Source: a virus | Lineage: Duplodnaviria; Caudoviricetes | DNA: 55,758 nt | IMG/VR virus record: IMGVR_UViG_3300030085_001335 | Location: 1-55,758 of that record | Strand: one strand, 5' to 3' | Shown: one piece after another, positions 19,631-27,905 of the stretch | How the letters are laid out: the number at the start of each line of letters is the position of its first letter | How positions within the stretch are numbered: the first letter of the stretch is position 1 | Position numbers and translations under genes: made by a program | Notes under the pieces: model-generated | Seen by the model: only the letters and a program-made list of their open reading frames with translations | Database searches by the model: none | Told to the model about the DNA's origin: nothing

Positions 19631-20005
19631 CTAATTATTCTTCAAATATTCAAGTACTTTCTTAACAATATCACTTTCTGATTCCTCAATAGCCTCCGTA
19701 GTTATCCTTCTGAATACCTCTTTACACATGTCAATCCGTGCATTGAACACTGGGTCTAAGTCCGCTATGTTCCTGCCCTCATTGTACGAGTAAACTACAG
19801 TGCTGTGATCTCTGTTAATGCTATCAGCTATCTCTTGGTAAGTCCGTCTGGTGCAATCCCTACACACCACGCTGTAAGCATGCCTAGCAAACGCAGCGTC
19901 CTGCTTTCTTGTTCTTGATCTGATTCGATCTTGTTTCACGAGAAATATTTTTTCTACGCAATCCATGATTACATCAAGATCATCTTTGATTTTGTTTTCT
20001 TCCAT
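19631..20005 (-). CDS. DnaA C-terminal (domain IV)-like HTH protein
   Basis: SRTRKQDAAFARH...TYQEIADSINRDHSTVVYS matches the DnaA domain IV pattern; no AAA+ domain. Confidence 0.8.
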   Translation of the reverse strand: MEENKIKDDLDVIMDCVEKIFLVKQDRIRSRTRKQDAAFARHAYSVVCRDCTRRTYQEIADSINRDHSTVVYSYNEGRNIADLDPVFNARIDMCKEVFRRITTEAIEESESDIVKKVLEYLKNN

Positions 20006-20025
20006 TATATTTTATTATTTATTAA

Positions 20026-21654
20026 TTAACCTTCACATGATTCGCACTCTAGGATATTCCTGCTGAAGTCCTGTGCACTACTCTTGCTGTACTGATAGTA
20101 CAGAGTCTTCACTCCTTGCTCCCAAGCAAATATGTACAGCTTGTTGATGTCCTTCGCTGACACTGATGGATCAATCGAAAGGTTTAGACTTTGCGACTGG
20201 TCTATGTACTTCTGTCTAGCTGCTGCTTGTATCACAATCTCCTTAGGAGATATCTCTGAGAACGTCTTGAAGACTTCCTTATCTGGTAGGTCTAGGTGTT
20301 GAACAGATCCATCCTTCTTAAGGATAGAGTCCCATACCTCATCAGTATTCATACCGTGGTTGTCTAGGTGCTGTACCAAGAATGGGTTCTTGTAAACCGT
20401 CTTGATCTTTGCCAAGTCCTTCACGAAGTAGTTACTCTTGATTGGTTCAATACCCATACTCACTTGACCTAGTATGAATGAGGATGACTTGGTTGGAGCT
20501 ACAGCCATCATGGTTGTGTTAGCTCTGTTGTTACGTAAGCTCTCCTTACCTCTCAAGTTGAAGTAAACCATTGATGCTTTGTCAGCATCTACAGATATCC
20601 TCTTGAAAATAGAAGTGTTGGACAGCTTAGCCTCCATTGATTCGAAAGGAATCATCTTCGACTGCAAGTACGAGTGCCATCCTAGCACCCCCATACCTAT
20701 CGCTCTGTGTTCTTTAGCAAACCTCCACGCTCTCTTCATTGCAGGTAGGTGCTCTGCCTTGGCGATGAACTCATCCATCACAGCGTTTAAGAACAAACCA
20801 TACGTATAAACTGCATCAGTATCTTTGATCTCATCCCAGTGGAGTAAGTTGATACTACCTAGGCAGCACACGAATGACTCGTCTGAGTTGGTAGGCAGTT
20901 GAATCTCACTACAAAGGTTCGAGGCTGTTATCTCCATGCCTAGTTCTTTGTAAGGGGAGTTGTTGTTAGAGTTATCCTTGAACATGACGTATGGATATCC
21001 AATCTCACATCTCCTCTGTATGATAAGCGCCCATATCTTTCGCTTCTCTTTATCACCATCGATCATCTCTTTCATCCACTCGTCAGTAACTGTCACTCCA
21101 GTCTGTAGGTTTTGGATAGGATTCCCCTCTGTAGCAACATCCAAGAACTCCAATATGTCTGGGTGATCTGTAGGTAAGTACACAGCACAGCTACCTCTAC
21201 GTGAATCAGCCTGCTTGCATACGTCAATCACCGTGTCGTACATCTTAGCGTAGTGTATTGGTCCATCAGCATGACCTCCAGTAGATATGGATTCACCCCT
21301 ACCTCTGATGTTACCGAAGTAGGCTGAGGTTCCACCACCATACTTGCTCATCATACCTATCTCTCTAGCTCCGTTGAGGATGCTGTCCATAGAGTCATCT
21401 ATGTTTGAACCGTAGCAACTGATAGGCAGTCCCTTGTCCTTTCCAAAGTTGATCCATACTGGGGTTGACAATGAGTAGTAACCCTTCTTCATGTAGTCTT
21501 CGAACCTATCTGCAAACCCATTGATACCTAGGTATGCCTCTGCTGTCTCCGCTATGTCTCTAATCCTTTTCTCTGGAGCTTCCTGTATGTAGCCCCTAGA
21601 TAAAAACTTCCTTGACTCATCGTTGAGCCAGTAATAATCTTCTCTCTTTTCCAT
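20026..21654 (-). CDS. nrdA: Class I ribonucleotide reductase alpha subunit (short, no ATP cone)
   Basis: GLPISCY, SNLCSEI, VCCLGS, AVAPTKSSS, IDQSQSLN, KTLYY and C-terminal CESCEG. Confidence 0.95.
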   Translation of the reverse strand: MEKREDYYWLNDESRKFLSRGYIQEAPEKRIRDIAETAEAYLGINGFADRFEDYMKKGYYSLSTPVWINFGKDKGLPISCYGSNIDDSMDSILNGAREIGMMSKYGGGTSAYFGNIRGRGESISTGGHADGPIHYAKMYDTVIDVCKQADSRRGSCAVYLPTDHPDILEFLDVATEGNPIQNLQTGVTVTDEWMKEMIDGDKEKRKIWALIIQRRCEIGYPYVMFKDNSNNNSPYKELGMEITASNLCSEIQLPTNSDESFVCCLGSINLLHWDEIKDTDAVYTYGLFLNAVMDEFIAKAEHLPAMKRAWRFAKEHRAIGMGVLGWHSYLQSKMIPFESMEAKLSNTSIFKRISVDADKASMVYFNLRGKESLRNNRANTTMMAVAPTKSSSFILGQVSMGIEPIKSNYFVKDLAKIKTVYKNPFLVQHLDNHGMNTDEVWDSILKKDGSVQHLDLPDKEVFKTFSEISPKEIVIQAAARQKYIDQSQSLNLSIDPSVSAKDINKLYIFAWEQGVKTLYYQYSKSSAQDFSRNILECESCEG

Positions 21655-22637
21655 TAAAATAAATCGTCTTCGGTTACACTTTTGCTTTTCTTATTATAAT
21701 CTATCTGTCTCTTGTAGAAGAAGTCACCTTCCTTCGTAGCTGTTGTCTCTACGTCAAACCACTTAGTGGTAGAAAGGACTGCCTCATCTATGTCGAACAC
21801 AGGCTTATACCCTATGTTTTTCAATGAGTTATTGAACCTGTTTTGAACAAACACTTTAATCGTTTCCTTTGGTAGGAAGTCTAGCTCCCCTTTCTCGAAT
21901 ACCCAATCAAGTATACCTTCCTCAGCCTTAAAGGCTTTCTTGCACGCACCACTCACAACTGCCTCAAAATCAGCGTCAAACCAGTCTGGATTCTCCTCCT
22001 TGATGATGCTGATAATAGCCACTCCGAAGTCACCATGTACGTTCTCCTCTTTACTTGTAGCTTCAACCACATTGGATATACCTTTGAGCACATTCAGTTC
22101 TTTGTTGAATGACATCATGATTAGAAACTGAGAGAACAGTGATACGTGTTCGATGAACAATGAGAACAGCAGTACTGCCTTCGTGTACATCTTGTCATCT
22201 CTAGACCTAGTCCCATCCAAGTACTTCTTAAGGTACTTGATTCTGTTCTTGATAGCAGGTATCTCAACTACTGTTTCGAACTCCTTCTCCAGACCTAGTA
22301 TTCTAATCAGTCTAGCATACGCATCCTTGTGTCTGACTTCACTCTCTGCGAATGTCATACCTACATCACCTACCTCTGTGATAGGCATCCTCTTGTACAT
22401 GTCAGCCCAGAATGTCTTCACAGATACTTCTATCTGAGCGATAGCAAGCATCGTTCTCTTGATCACTTCCCTTTGATCATCAGTCAGTTTTACTTTGAAG
22501 TCTTGGATGTCCTCTGTGAAGTTGAACTCTGTATCAATCCAGTACGAATGACGTATGGCATCCTTGAAATCTAAGAGATGGGGGTAGTCGTACGGAAGGA
22601 TGTTTTCCCTCCGTTTAAAAATGTTTTTTGTCCTCAT
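21654..22637 (-). CDS. nrdB: Class I ribonucleotide reductase beta subunit
   Basis: Di-metal ligands QIEV, ESEVRH, IEHV, EENVH; radical-position Tyr (HKDAY); C-terminal DFF...Y...DLF. Start moved to ATG 22637. Confidence 0.93.
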   Translation of the reverse strand: MRTKNIFKRRENILPYDYPHLLDFKDAIRHSYWIDTEFNFTEDIQDFKVKLTDDQREVIKRTMLAIAQIEVSVKTFWADMYKRMPITEVGDVGMTFAESEVRHKDAYARLIRILGLEKEFETVVEIPAIKNRIKYLKKYLDGTRSRDDKMYTKAVLLFSLFIEHVSLFSQFLIMMSFNKELNVLKGISNVVEATSKEENVHGDFGVAIISIIKEENPDWFDADFEAVVSGACKKAFKAEEGILDWVFEKGELDFLPKETIKVFVQNRFNNSLKNIGYKPVFDIDEAVLSTTKWFDVETTATKEGDFFYKRQIDYNKKSKSVTEDDLF

Positions 22638-22698
22638 AAATATGTTTTGTATCACCTCCAGAATAGAGGCGAAAGGGTTGTAAAGTTAAGTATAAAAA

Positions 22699-22917
22699 CT
22701 ATACTTTTTCTTTGTGTGTTTGTAAAATATTTTCAGCTATTGCTGACACCACTTCGGGGTTATGCAGTTTTAGATTGTCGTACACGCTATCATTGTCTAG
22801 CAGTACATCTGAGATGATTACTGACGCATTCATCTTGTGCTCATGATCCCCATTGAAGTATACTATTTCTGGTTCGTATGTGTAAACAACTCTGTAGTTT
22901 TTTATTCTGTCTTTCAT
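22699..22917 (-). CDS. Hypothetical protein
   Basis: ATG 22917 after an A-rich leader. Confidence 0.55.
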   Translation of the reverse strand: MKDRIKNYRVVYTYEPEIVYFNGDHEHKMNASVIISDVLLDNDSVYDNLKLHNPEVVSAIAENILQTHKEKV

Positions 22918-22928
22918 TTCTGTTTTAT

Positions 22929-23183
22929 TTAGCACTCTCCGTACATATCATAATCAAAATCTTGTGGAAGCAGTCCAGTTGCTTTGTATACATTATAGTT
23001 ATCTGCATCCTCTCTAGCCATATCTCCATTGACTACGAACTCCCTTCTCGTTGCTCTCCTAATGCTCAAGGAATCAACCTTTCTGATTAGCATCTTCAGT
23101 GTGTTACGTAGGTGGCTTTCACTCATGTCATCTACGTTAATCTTATGACCATTACTCATGGTCCAATAAACTTTATCATTCAT
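22929..23183 (-). CDS. Conserved phage hypothetical protein
   Basis: YWTMSNGHKINVDDMSESHLRNTLKML pattern; operon packing. Confidence 0.65.
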   Translation of the reverse strand: MNDKVYWTMSNGHKINVDDMSESHLRNTLKMLIRKVDSLSIRRATRREFVVNGDMAREDADNYNVYKATGLLPQDFDYDMYGEC

Positions 23184-23376
23184 CTTTAGTTTGATTTACT
23201 ATTTCTACTCCTTCATTACATACATACTTTGTGACTACGACCTTGTAAGACTTTAAGAATTTCTTTACTTGTCTAGTACCTATTCTCTCATACTGTTCTT
23301 TACTGCTGTAAATTCTAAACTTCTCGATGCAGTTCGTATAAGGGTCTTTAGCATGCATGATATAAAACTCTTTCAT
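23176..23376 (-). CDS. Hypothetical protein
   Basis: 66-aa ORF overlapping the next gene by 8 nt. Confidence 0.55.
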   Translation of the reverse strand: MKEFYIMHAKDPYTNCIEKFRIYSSKEQYERIGTRQVKKFLKSYKVVVTKYVCNEGVEIVNQTKDE

Positions 23377-23382
23377 GTTCTT

Positions 23383-23550
23383 TTAATTTAAGACTTTTGC
23401 TCTTCTATGCAGTTCATGGGTTGTCCATTCTCTCTTCTCTTCACCATCCATGTGCATCAAGACTGCTTCTACAAATCTCCAATATTCATCACCCATGGCT
23501 GTTGAGTGGAAGTAGAAGTCAACGAAGTCTACGTCTGCTGATACGTTCAT
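23383..23550 (-). CDS. Hypothetical protein
   Basis: Start moved to ATG 23550, giving ATGA coupling with the stop of the 23547-23720 ORF. Confidence 0.55.
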   Translation of the reverse strand: MNVSADVDFVDFYFHSTAMGDEYWRFVEAVLMHMDGEEKREWTTHELHRRAKVLN

Positions 23551-23720
23551 ACTAAGCTGTGTATAATCAGTTTGTCTTTTAATCTTTTTGATATTGCAGG
23601 TGCTTCTATTTTCCATACTTGAAACTCACCATCATTAACTTGATTGAAATTCACACCCCATTTTTTGAGATACTGCTTCACGATGTTGCTGTCTGAAGAA
23701 CAGCACATTAATTTTTTCAT
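23547..23720 (-). CDS. Small hypothetical protein (57 aa, not in ORF track)
   Basis: MKKLMCCSSDSNIVKQYLKKWGVNF...IIHSLV; A-rich leader; ATGA-coupled to the next gene. Confidence 0.55.
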   Translation of the reverse strand: MKKLMCCSSDSNIVKQYLKKWGVNFNQVNDGEFQVWKIEAPAISKRLKDKLIIHSLV

Positions 23721-23741
23721 TTGAATTGATTTTAGTTAGAT

Positions 23742-23772
23742 AAAAAAGGGTGGCTACTTTATTCACCACCCT
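23742..23772 (-). terminator. Intrinsic terminator
   Basis: AGGGUGGU-GAAUAAAGUA-GCCACCCU followed by a U run. Confidence 0.75.
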
Positions 23773-23875
23773 TACCAAACAACAAACAAAGATTCTCGTC
23801 TTTCCGAGACGTCATACAACCCCTACTTGATCAGAGGTGTTCACTAGGGTTTGTTGAGAAACCCCCGTTTCACTC
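23742..23875 (-). ncRNA. Candidate small structured RNA (about 135 nt)
   Basis: ORF-free interval between a promoter-like pair (TAAATTAG at 23878-23885, TTTGG at 23905-23909) and a terminator; hairpins GGGUUU/AAACCC and UCUCG-GAAAGA-CGAGA. Confidence 0.5.
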
Positions 23876-23942
23876 TGCTAATTTATAGGGATTATATCAG
23901 ACTACCAAATCTGATCTTAGTTTTTTTTCTACAAAATTATTT

Positions 23943-24182
23943 CTACCTATGCTTCTCATCCCACTTAGTCCAGTAATGACGGTGCTGTTGGAAGCCCATC
24001 AACGCTGTGAACAATGCACCTACCCAGAAGTAAGGTTGCCCTGTAATAACTGCCTTGACTATAAGCATGGTTAGGATTATAGGTGTTACTGATATGTTTG
24101 TTATCCTAGCCCAAGGTCTTTTTTGCTTGAGCAAGTACTCCCAATAGGAGCCAAATTTATTGTTATCCATCGAGTTCATCAT
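23943..24182 (-). CDS. Small membrane protein (two TM segments)
   Basis: ISVTPIILTMLIVKAVIT and YFWVGALFTALMGF. Confidence 0.6.
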   Translation of the reverse strand: MMNSMDNNKFGSYWEYLLKQKRPWARITNISVTPIILTMLIVKAVITGQPYFWVGALFTALMGFQQHRHYWTKWDEKHR

Positions 24183-24549
24183 TTTTATTTAGGTCAAGTC
24201 CTTTAATTTCAGAGATCATGTCCCTTACATGTGCTCCTGCCTCCAAGAGAGCTAGGTAATTATCAAAGTCTTTTTTTATAAAATCAGCCATATTCTCTTC
24301 TAAGAAAGTAACTGTTCCCTCATCAAGAAGATCATGAGGGGTTTGATCTGGAAGAATACCACCACAAAAAACATCTCTAGTGAGAAGATCAAATGTTGAT
24401 AGTTCCTCATCGTTTAGATGTTGATCTAAAGTATCTATCCATTCGTTCCATAGGTTACGGCAGTGCTGACTAGAACTGCCTTCGTACTGAAACTCATGGT
24501 ACATGAAAAAATACTGAGTGAATTGAAATTTTAAATTATTCATTTGCAT
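24163..24549 (-). CDS. Hypothetical protein
   Basis: 128-aa acidic ORF with A-rich leader. Confidence 0.6.
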   Translation of the reverse strand: MQMNNLKFQFTQYFFMYHEFQYEGSSSQHCRNLWNEWIDTLDQHLNDEELSTFDLLTRDVFCGGILPDQTPHDLLDEGTVTFLEENMADFIKKDFDNYLALLEAGAHVRDMISEIKGLDLNKNDELDG

Positions 24550-24575
24550 GTAGGTTTTAATAAATTAAATTACTG

Positions 24576-24644
24576 CTTTACTTGTGGTAACCCCACAACT
24601 TTACCTATGGGGACCCCACAACTTTATCTGTGGTAACCCCACAA
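24576..24644. repeat. Three tandem 23-bp repeats with internal dyad symmetry
   Basis: CTTTACTTGTGGTAACCCCACAA / CTTTACCTATGGGGACCCCACAA / CTTTATCTGTGGTAACCCCACAA. Confidence 0.9.
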
Positions 24645-24746
24645 CTTTTGAAAAACCTAGCTTTGTTTCTCATGGCTAAAACAAGCAAAGAAGTTGCATG
24701 TAAAACACCAGTCGCAGGATCTCCCTGCGCACCATACGCTTAGGTT

Positions 24747-25103
24747 TTAGAGCTGATCGTTACCAGCTATGTCTTTGATCTCAATATACATAGATGCATA
24801 CTTAGCCATAGATTTGTAAGTACTTATCATCCTTTTAGTCAGCATGAAACAAAACTCTTCCATGCTATCTTTGTCTAGGTGATCATCAGCATCTACGAAT
24901 GCACAACCGATACCTTCTTCTGCGCTTTTCTTGATGTAGCTAACCATGTCTATCAATAGTTCCTCAAGTGGTTTGTCAAGCCAGTTCTCTACGCCCATCT
25001 CTATGATGTCCTCACATAGGAATATCCTTGCGGCTGTTGATACCTCGTCATAATCTCCTAAGGAGTCATTGACTATCTTGATTGCTTCCTCACTCGTTAT
25101 CAT
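24747..25103 (-). CDS. Hypothetical protein
   Basis: 118-aa ORF; operon packing. Confidence 0.6.
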   Translation of the reverse strand: MITSEEAIKIVNDSLGDYDEVSTAARIFLCEDIIEMGVENWLDKPLEELLIDMVSYIKKSAEEGIGCAFVDADDHLDKDSMEEFCFMLTKRMISTYKSMAKYASMYIEIKDIAGNDQL

Positions 25104-25224
25104 ACGTCTCTACTTTTGAATGTGTTCTAGCGAATGCTAGTTCCACACTAGGTGTAACAAGGTTTGATACTTTACCATCCACTACTCTAGTGTAATGGTA
25201 CATTACTTCTTTGGTTTCTTCCAT
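25090..25224 (-). CDS. Small hypothetical protein (44 aa, not in ORF track)
   Basis: MEETKEVMYHYTRVVDGKVSNLVTPSVELAFARTHSKVETYDNE fills the gap between neighbours. Confidence 0.5.
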   Translation of the reverse strand: MEETKEVMYHYTRVVDGKVSNLVTPSVELAFARTHSKVETYDNE

Positions 25225-25232
25225 TGTTATAA

Positions 25233-25445
25233 TTATTTGATTCTGTGACGTATAACGTCAGCCGTTTTATCTATTTTATCATTCAACCACTTCTCGAAGT
25301 ACAGCCATTGCTGTGTTACCGTACCTGCTAACTGAGGTGTGTAGTCTACACTGACCACTAGGTCTCCGATGGTTGTTTGTTTCTCACCATTTTTGATGGC
25401 TATCATAATTGATTCTCTGATAATCTCTTTCTTATTGTACATCAT
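25233..25445 (-). CDS. Hypothetical protein
   Basis: 70-aa ORF. Confidence 0.55.
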   Translation of the reverse strand: MMYNKKEIIRESIMIAIKNGEKQTTIGDLVVSVDYTPQLAGTVTQQWLYFEKWLNDKIDKTADVIRHRIK

Positions 25446-25481
25446 GTCGTATGTGTTTTGTATTCGTTGTATTTTGTAATG

Positions 25482-25770
25482 AATTGTACTACTGCCTTGT
25501 ATGTTAAATCAAGACTACATTCCTCTAAAGTCCGTCATACCCATAAACTAAGTATTCGTTTATTTGTTGCTTCAACTTCTTGAGGTTGGTATTCGTGAAA
25601 GTGGGGTTTGCATATGCTGATGCGGTATATTCACCACTTCTCCAATTAATGCCGTAACCTTTGTAATAAATTACACCTCTATTTCTCTTCTCTAAATTTG
25701 TCATCGTTATATTCTTTAATAAATTCTACTACTGCTTTGTATGTTGAATCAAGATTACATTCCTCTAAAG
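25482..25770. repeat. 49-bp direct repeat pair (25482-25530 and 25722-25770)
   Basis: 45/49 identical by manual alignment; 240-bp offset. Confidence 0.85.
25525..25704 (-). CDS. Small hypothetical protein (59 aa, not in ORF track)
   Basis: MTNLEKRNRGVIYYKGYGINWRSGEY...YGYDGL; lies between the two repeat copies. Confidence 0.55.
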   Translation of the reverse strand: MTNLEKRNRGVIYYKGYGINWRSGEYTASAYANPTFTNTNLKKLKQQINEYLVYGYDGL

Positions 25771-25978
25771 CCCAATGTATATTGTTCCAAAAATCATCGT
25801 CATCATACTCGCATCTACTATCTAGCCTGCACTTTTGCGCTACTGGCATCAACCAATCCCAAGAAGTTTGAAATTTACTCAGAGACTTAATAGAATATGT
25901 CCATTCTCCGTTATCAAAACTTCTTTTGTCTGAGTATTTCACACCCATAAACTCTGCTATTAGCTTGTTATCATTCAT
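25679..25978 (-). CDS. Conserved phage protein with SWDWLMPV motif
   Basis: NKLIAEFMG...FQTSWDWLMPV...TYKAVVEFIK, a pattern I associate with Bacteroidetes phages. Confidence 0.7.
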   Translation of the reverse strand: MNDNKLIAEFMGVKYSDKRSFDNGEWTYSIKSLSKFQTSWDWLMPVAQKCRLDSRCEYDDDDFWNNIHWALEECNLDSTYKAVVEFIKEYNDDKFREEK

Positions 25979-26259
25979 ATCTCATCTACGTTTACGTTCA
26001 TATCTTCAAGCATCTCAAGTAGGTAGTCTGGTAGTTCGAAGATTCCATCGTAACCGTACAGTACGTTGTTTACGATCTCAAGCATACCTTCTGCATAGAA
26101 CTCATCCCCACCGCTTTCTACATCGTAGATTTCAAAGCCTGCATGCTCTCCATCTATGTATATACTTACGTCCATTTTTACTTTTGTTGGTTCGCTTACT
26201 CTACCGAAACTGTTTTCGTAGAAAGCTACTGTCGTGATTTCTTTGTGTGATTTTCTCAT
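25975..26259 (-). CDS. Hypothetical protein
   Basis: 94 aa; YAEGML...YDGIFELP; ATGA-coupled. Confidence 0.65.
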   Translation of the reverse strand: MRKSHKEITTVAFYENSFGRVSEPTKVKMDVSIYIDGEHAGFEIYDVESGGDEFYAEGMLEIVNNVLYGYDGIFELPDYLLEMLEDMNVNVDEI

Positions 26260-26298
26260 GTTTGTGTTTGTTTAATTTTGAGTATTTATTTTATTGTT

Positions 26299-26526
26299 TT
26301 ACCTTACTTCATTAAGAAGATAATCCACTATGCAATCATATTCGCTCCTAGCATCAACATTAAAATTAGATTCTAAGAATAGATTCTGATGTTTTAATAC
26401 TTCAGAAAATATTAAGTCATACTCAACTTCTTGGTATTCAGTTTCATTATTTTCAATATGGTTCATGAATAGTTGAGAGAATAAAAAGCTTTCGTAATTC
26501 ATGATAATTTGCTTTGAATTTTTCAT
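26299..26526 (-). CDS. Hypothetical protein
   Basis: Start moved to ATG 26526 because the upstream region is occupied by the 26535-26708 ORF. Confidence 0.55.
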   Translation of the reverse strand: MKNSKQIIMNYESFLFSQLFMNHIENNETEYQEVEYDLIFSEVLKHQNLFLESNFNVDARSEYDCIVDYLLNEVR

Positions 26527-26534
26527 GTTTGTAT

Positions 26535-26708
26535 TTATTTTTTTATGAAAAATATTTGTCCGCTTAAGTCGTAGTCGAAACTCCAACCTTGGTGTTTTAG
26601 TTCTTGTATTATACGCTCACATTCTGCATACATATCTAGGTTCTCATCCCAAGTATCTACGGTATCTTTTACCGCTTGGGGTAGGCAGTCGTACTCTTGT
26701 GCTGTCAT
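26535..26708 (-). CDS. Small hypothetical protein (57 aa, not in ORF track)
   Basis: MTAQEYDCLPQAVKDTV...GWSFDYDLSGQIFFIKK; ATGA-coupled to the upstream gene. Confidence 0.6.
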   Translation of the reverse strand: MTAQEYDCLPQAVKDTVDTWDENLDMYAECERIIQELKHQGWSFDYDLSGQIFFIKK

Positions 26709-27106
26709 GATTGCTTTGGATTTATGTTTGTTATCCCCATGATTTGTTTTGCTTTATCCCTTCCACGAGGGTTTAATCCATCCTCATCCCAGTATTTCCA
26801 GTTGTCATGAAGGCTCTGCAATGCAGACCAAAATGCTAAAGGATGACCTTTGTACTCTTCTTTCAATAGGTAATCCAACCCTTGTTCATTTCGTTGGTTT
26901 TTAACCATCTTGTCTAACTCATAAACATCACCTATAACGGTTCCAAACTCCTCCAAGGATGGTTCGTTCATACACATACCTACTGCACACATCCTCCCAT
27001 CTTTCGTTAGGTATCTACACTCCTCTCCACCACAGAAGATTTCTGTTGATCTGTTGTTTAACGTGTAGGTATCTGCTACCTGCTTTACAATTTCTTTCGT
27101 TGTCAT
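26705..27106 (-). CDS. Conserved phage hypothetical protein
   Basis: CRYLTKDGRMCAVG...LQSLHD motif. Confidence 0.65.
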   Translation of the reverse strand: MTTKEIVKQVADTYTLNNRSTEIFCGGEECRYLTKDGRMCAVGMCMNEPSLEEFGTVIGDVYELDKMVKNQRNEQGLDYLLKEEYKGHPLAFWSALQSLHDNWKYWDEDGLNPRGRDKAKQIMGITNINPKQS

Positions 27107-27117
27107 ATCTGTTTATT

Positions 27118-27417
27118 TTAATAATCATCATTCATCCTATCACCATACCCATGTGTTTCTAGGGTTGCGTAACGATCCTTTCTGTAAGGGTACTTCTTTG
27201 GATCATTGTAACACTTGATACAGTAGTGCCCCGTAGGTACACCATGTGCATCATACCTCATGTCGCTATCAACCCCACATCCATTGCAAGGTGTGATCTG
27301 CTGTATGTAATGATCGTTGTGGTCAAATGTATATTCCATCATCTCATCTACTTCCCAAGAGGAGTAGGTCTCATACTCAATCTCGTGTGTTTTTTTATTG
27401 ATAATCTGATACATCAT
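27118..27417 (-). CDS. Hypothetical protein with Zn-finger-like CxxC pairs
   Basis: CNGC...CIKC. Confidence 0.6.
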   Translation of the reverse strand: MMYQIINKKTHEIEYETYSSWEVDEMMEYTFDHNDHYIQQITPCNGCGVDSDMRYDAHGVPTGHYCIKCYNDPKKYPYRKDRYATLETHGYGDRMNDDY

Positions 27418-27452
27418 AACTGTTTAATTTTGAAGGGGTTACACCCCATTGG

Positions 27453-27809
27453 TTAATCTATAAATGTAAGTTCAATTTGATCACCGTTGTTAACGGCTTC
27501 CAGTATCTCGTCCATCAGCGCTTCGTACTGTGTGTATACTTCTTCGAAGTTCTCTAGTAGCTTCTCGCCACTACCTTTGATATCAAAGTATTTCTTGACG
27601 TCAGATACTTTCCAGTGTCTATTGGCTTTCATCTTGAACTCTACCCACATACCTAGGTCACGCCTTGAACACATTAGGTTCCAGTTTGCCTTGTTTGCCT
27701 TTGTTGGGTTTCTAAAGTAGTCGTAAAGGTCGACCCATAAAGGGGTTGTGTAGTTTGGGTTGTACACCTTTGGGTACTTACATAGGTTGATCTGTGTGAT
27801 TGTAGACAT
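27453..27809 (-). CDS. Hypothetical early protein
   Basis: Start moved to ATG 27809, downstream of promoter 27849. Confidence 0.6.
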   Translation of the reverse strand: MSTITQINLCKYPKVYNPNYTTPLWVDLYDYFRNPTKANKANWNLMCSRRDLGMWVEFKMKANRHWKVSDVKKYFDIKGSGEKLLENFEEVYTQYEALMDEILEAVNNGDQIELTFID

Positions 27810-27848
27810 AATGTTTTGATTTTGAGTTTTGCCGTTTGATTGACAGTG

Positions 27849-27883
27849 CAAATATAAGGGATAATGTTGGTAACTTCCAAATT
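27849..27883 (-). promoter_or_regulatory. Early promoter (-33 TTTGG at 27877-27881, -7 TATATTTG at 27849-27856)
   Basis: Both Bacteroidetes elements present, with the same spacing as promoters 30582 and 31328; upstream AAAAATAAA. Confidence 0.8.
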
Positions 27884-27905
27884 TATTTTTTTATAGTACG
27901 TAGTA

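Noticed and set aside
23825-23870. Second hammerhead inside the 23.8-kb RNA (GAAAC ... CUGAUCA)
   Set aside because: The core reads CUGAUCA rather than CUGAnGA, and I could not build the three required stems.
24576-24644. Possible mini-CRISPR array (also considered for 32189-32285)
   Set aside because: The units are directly adjacent with no unique spacers, and no cas genes are recognisable.
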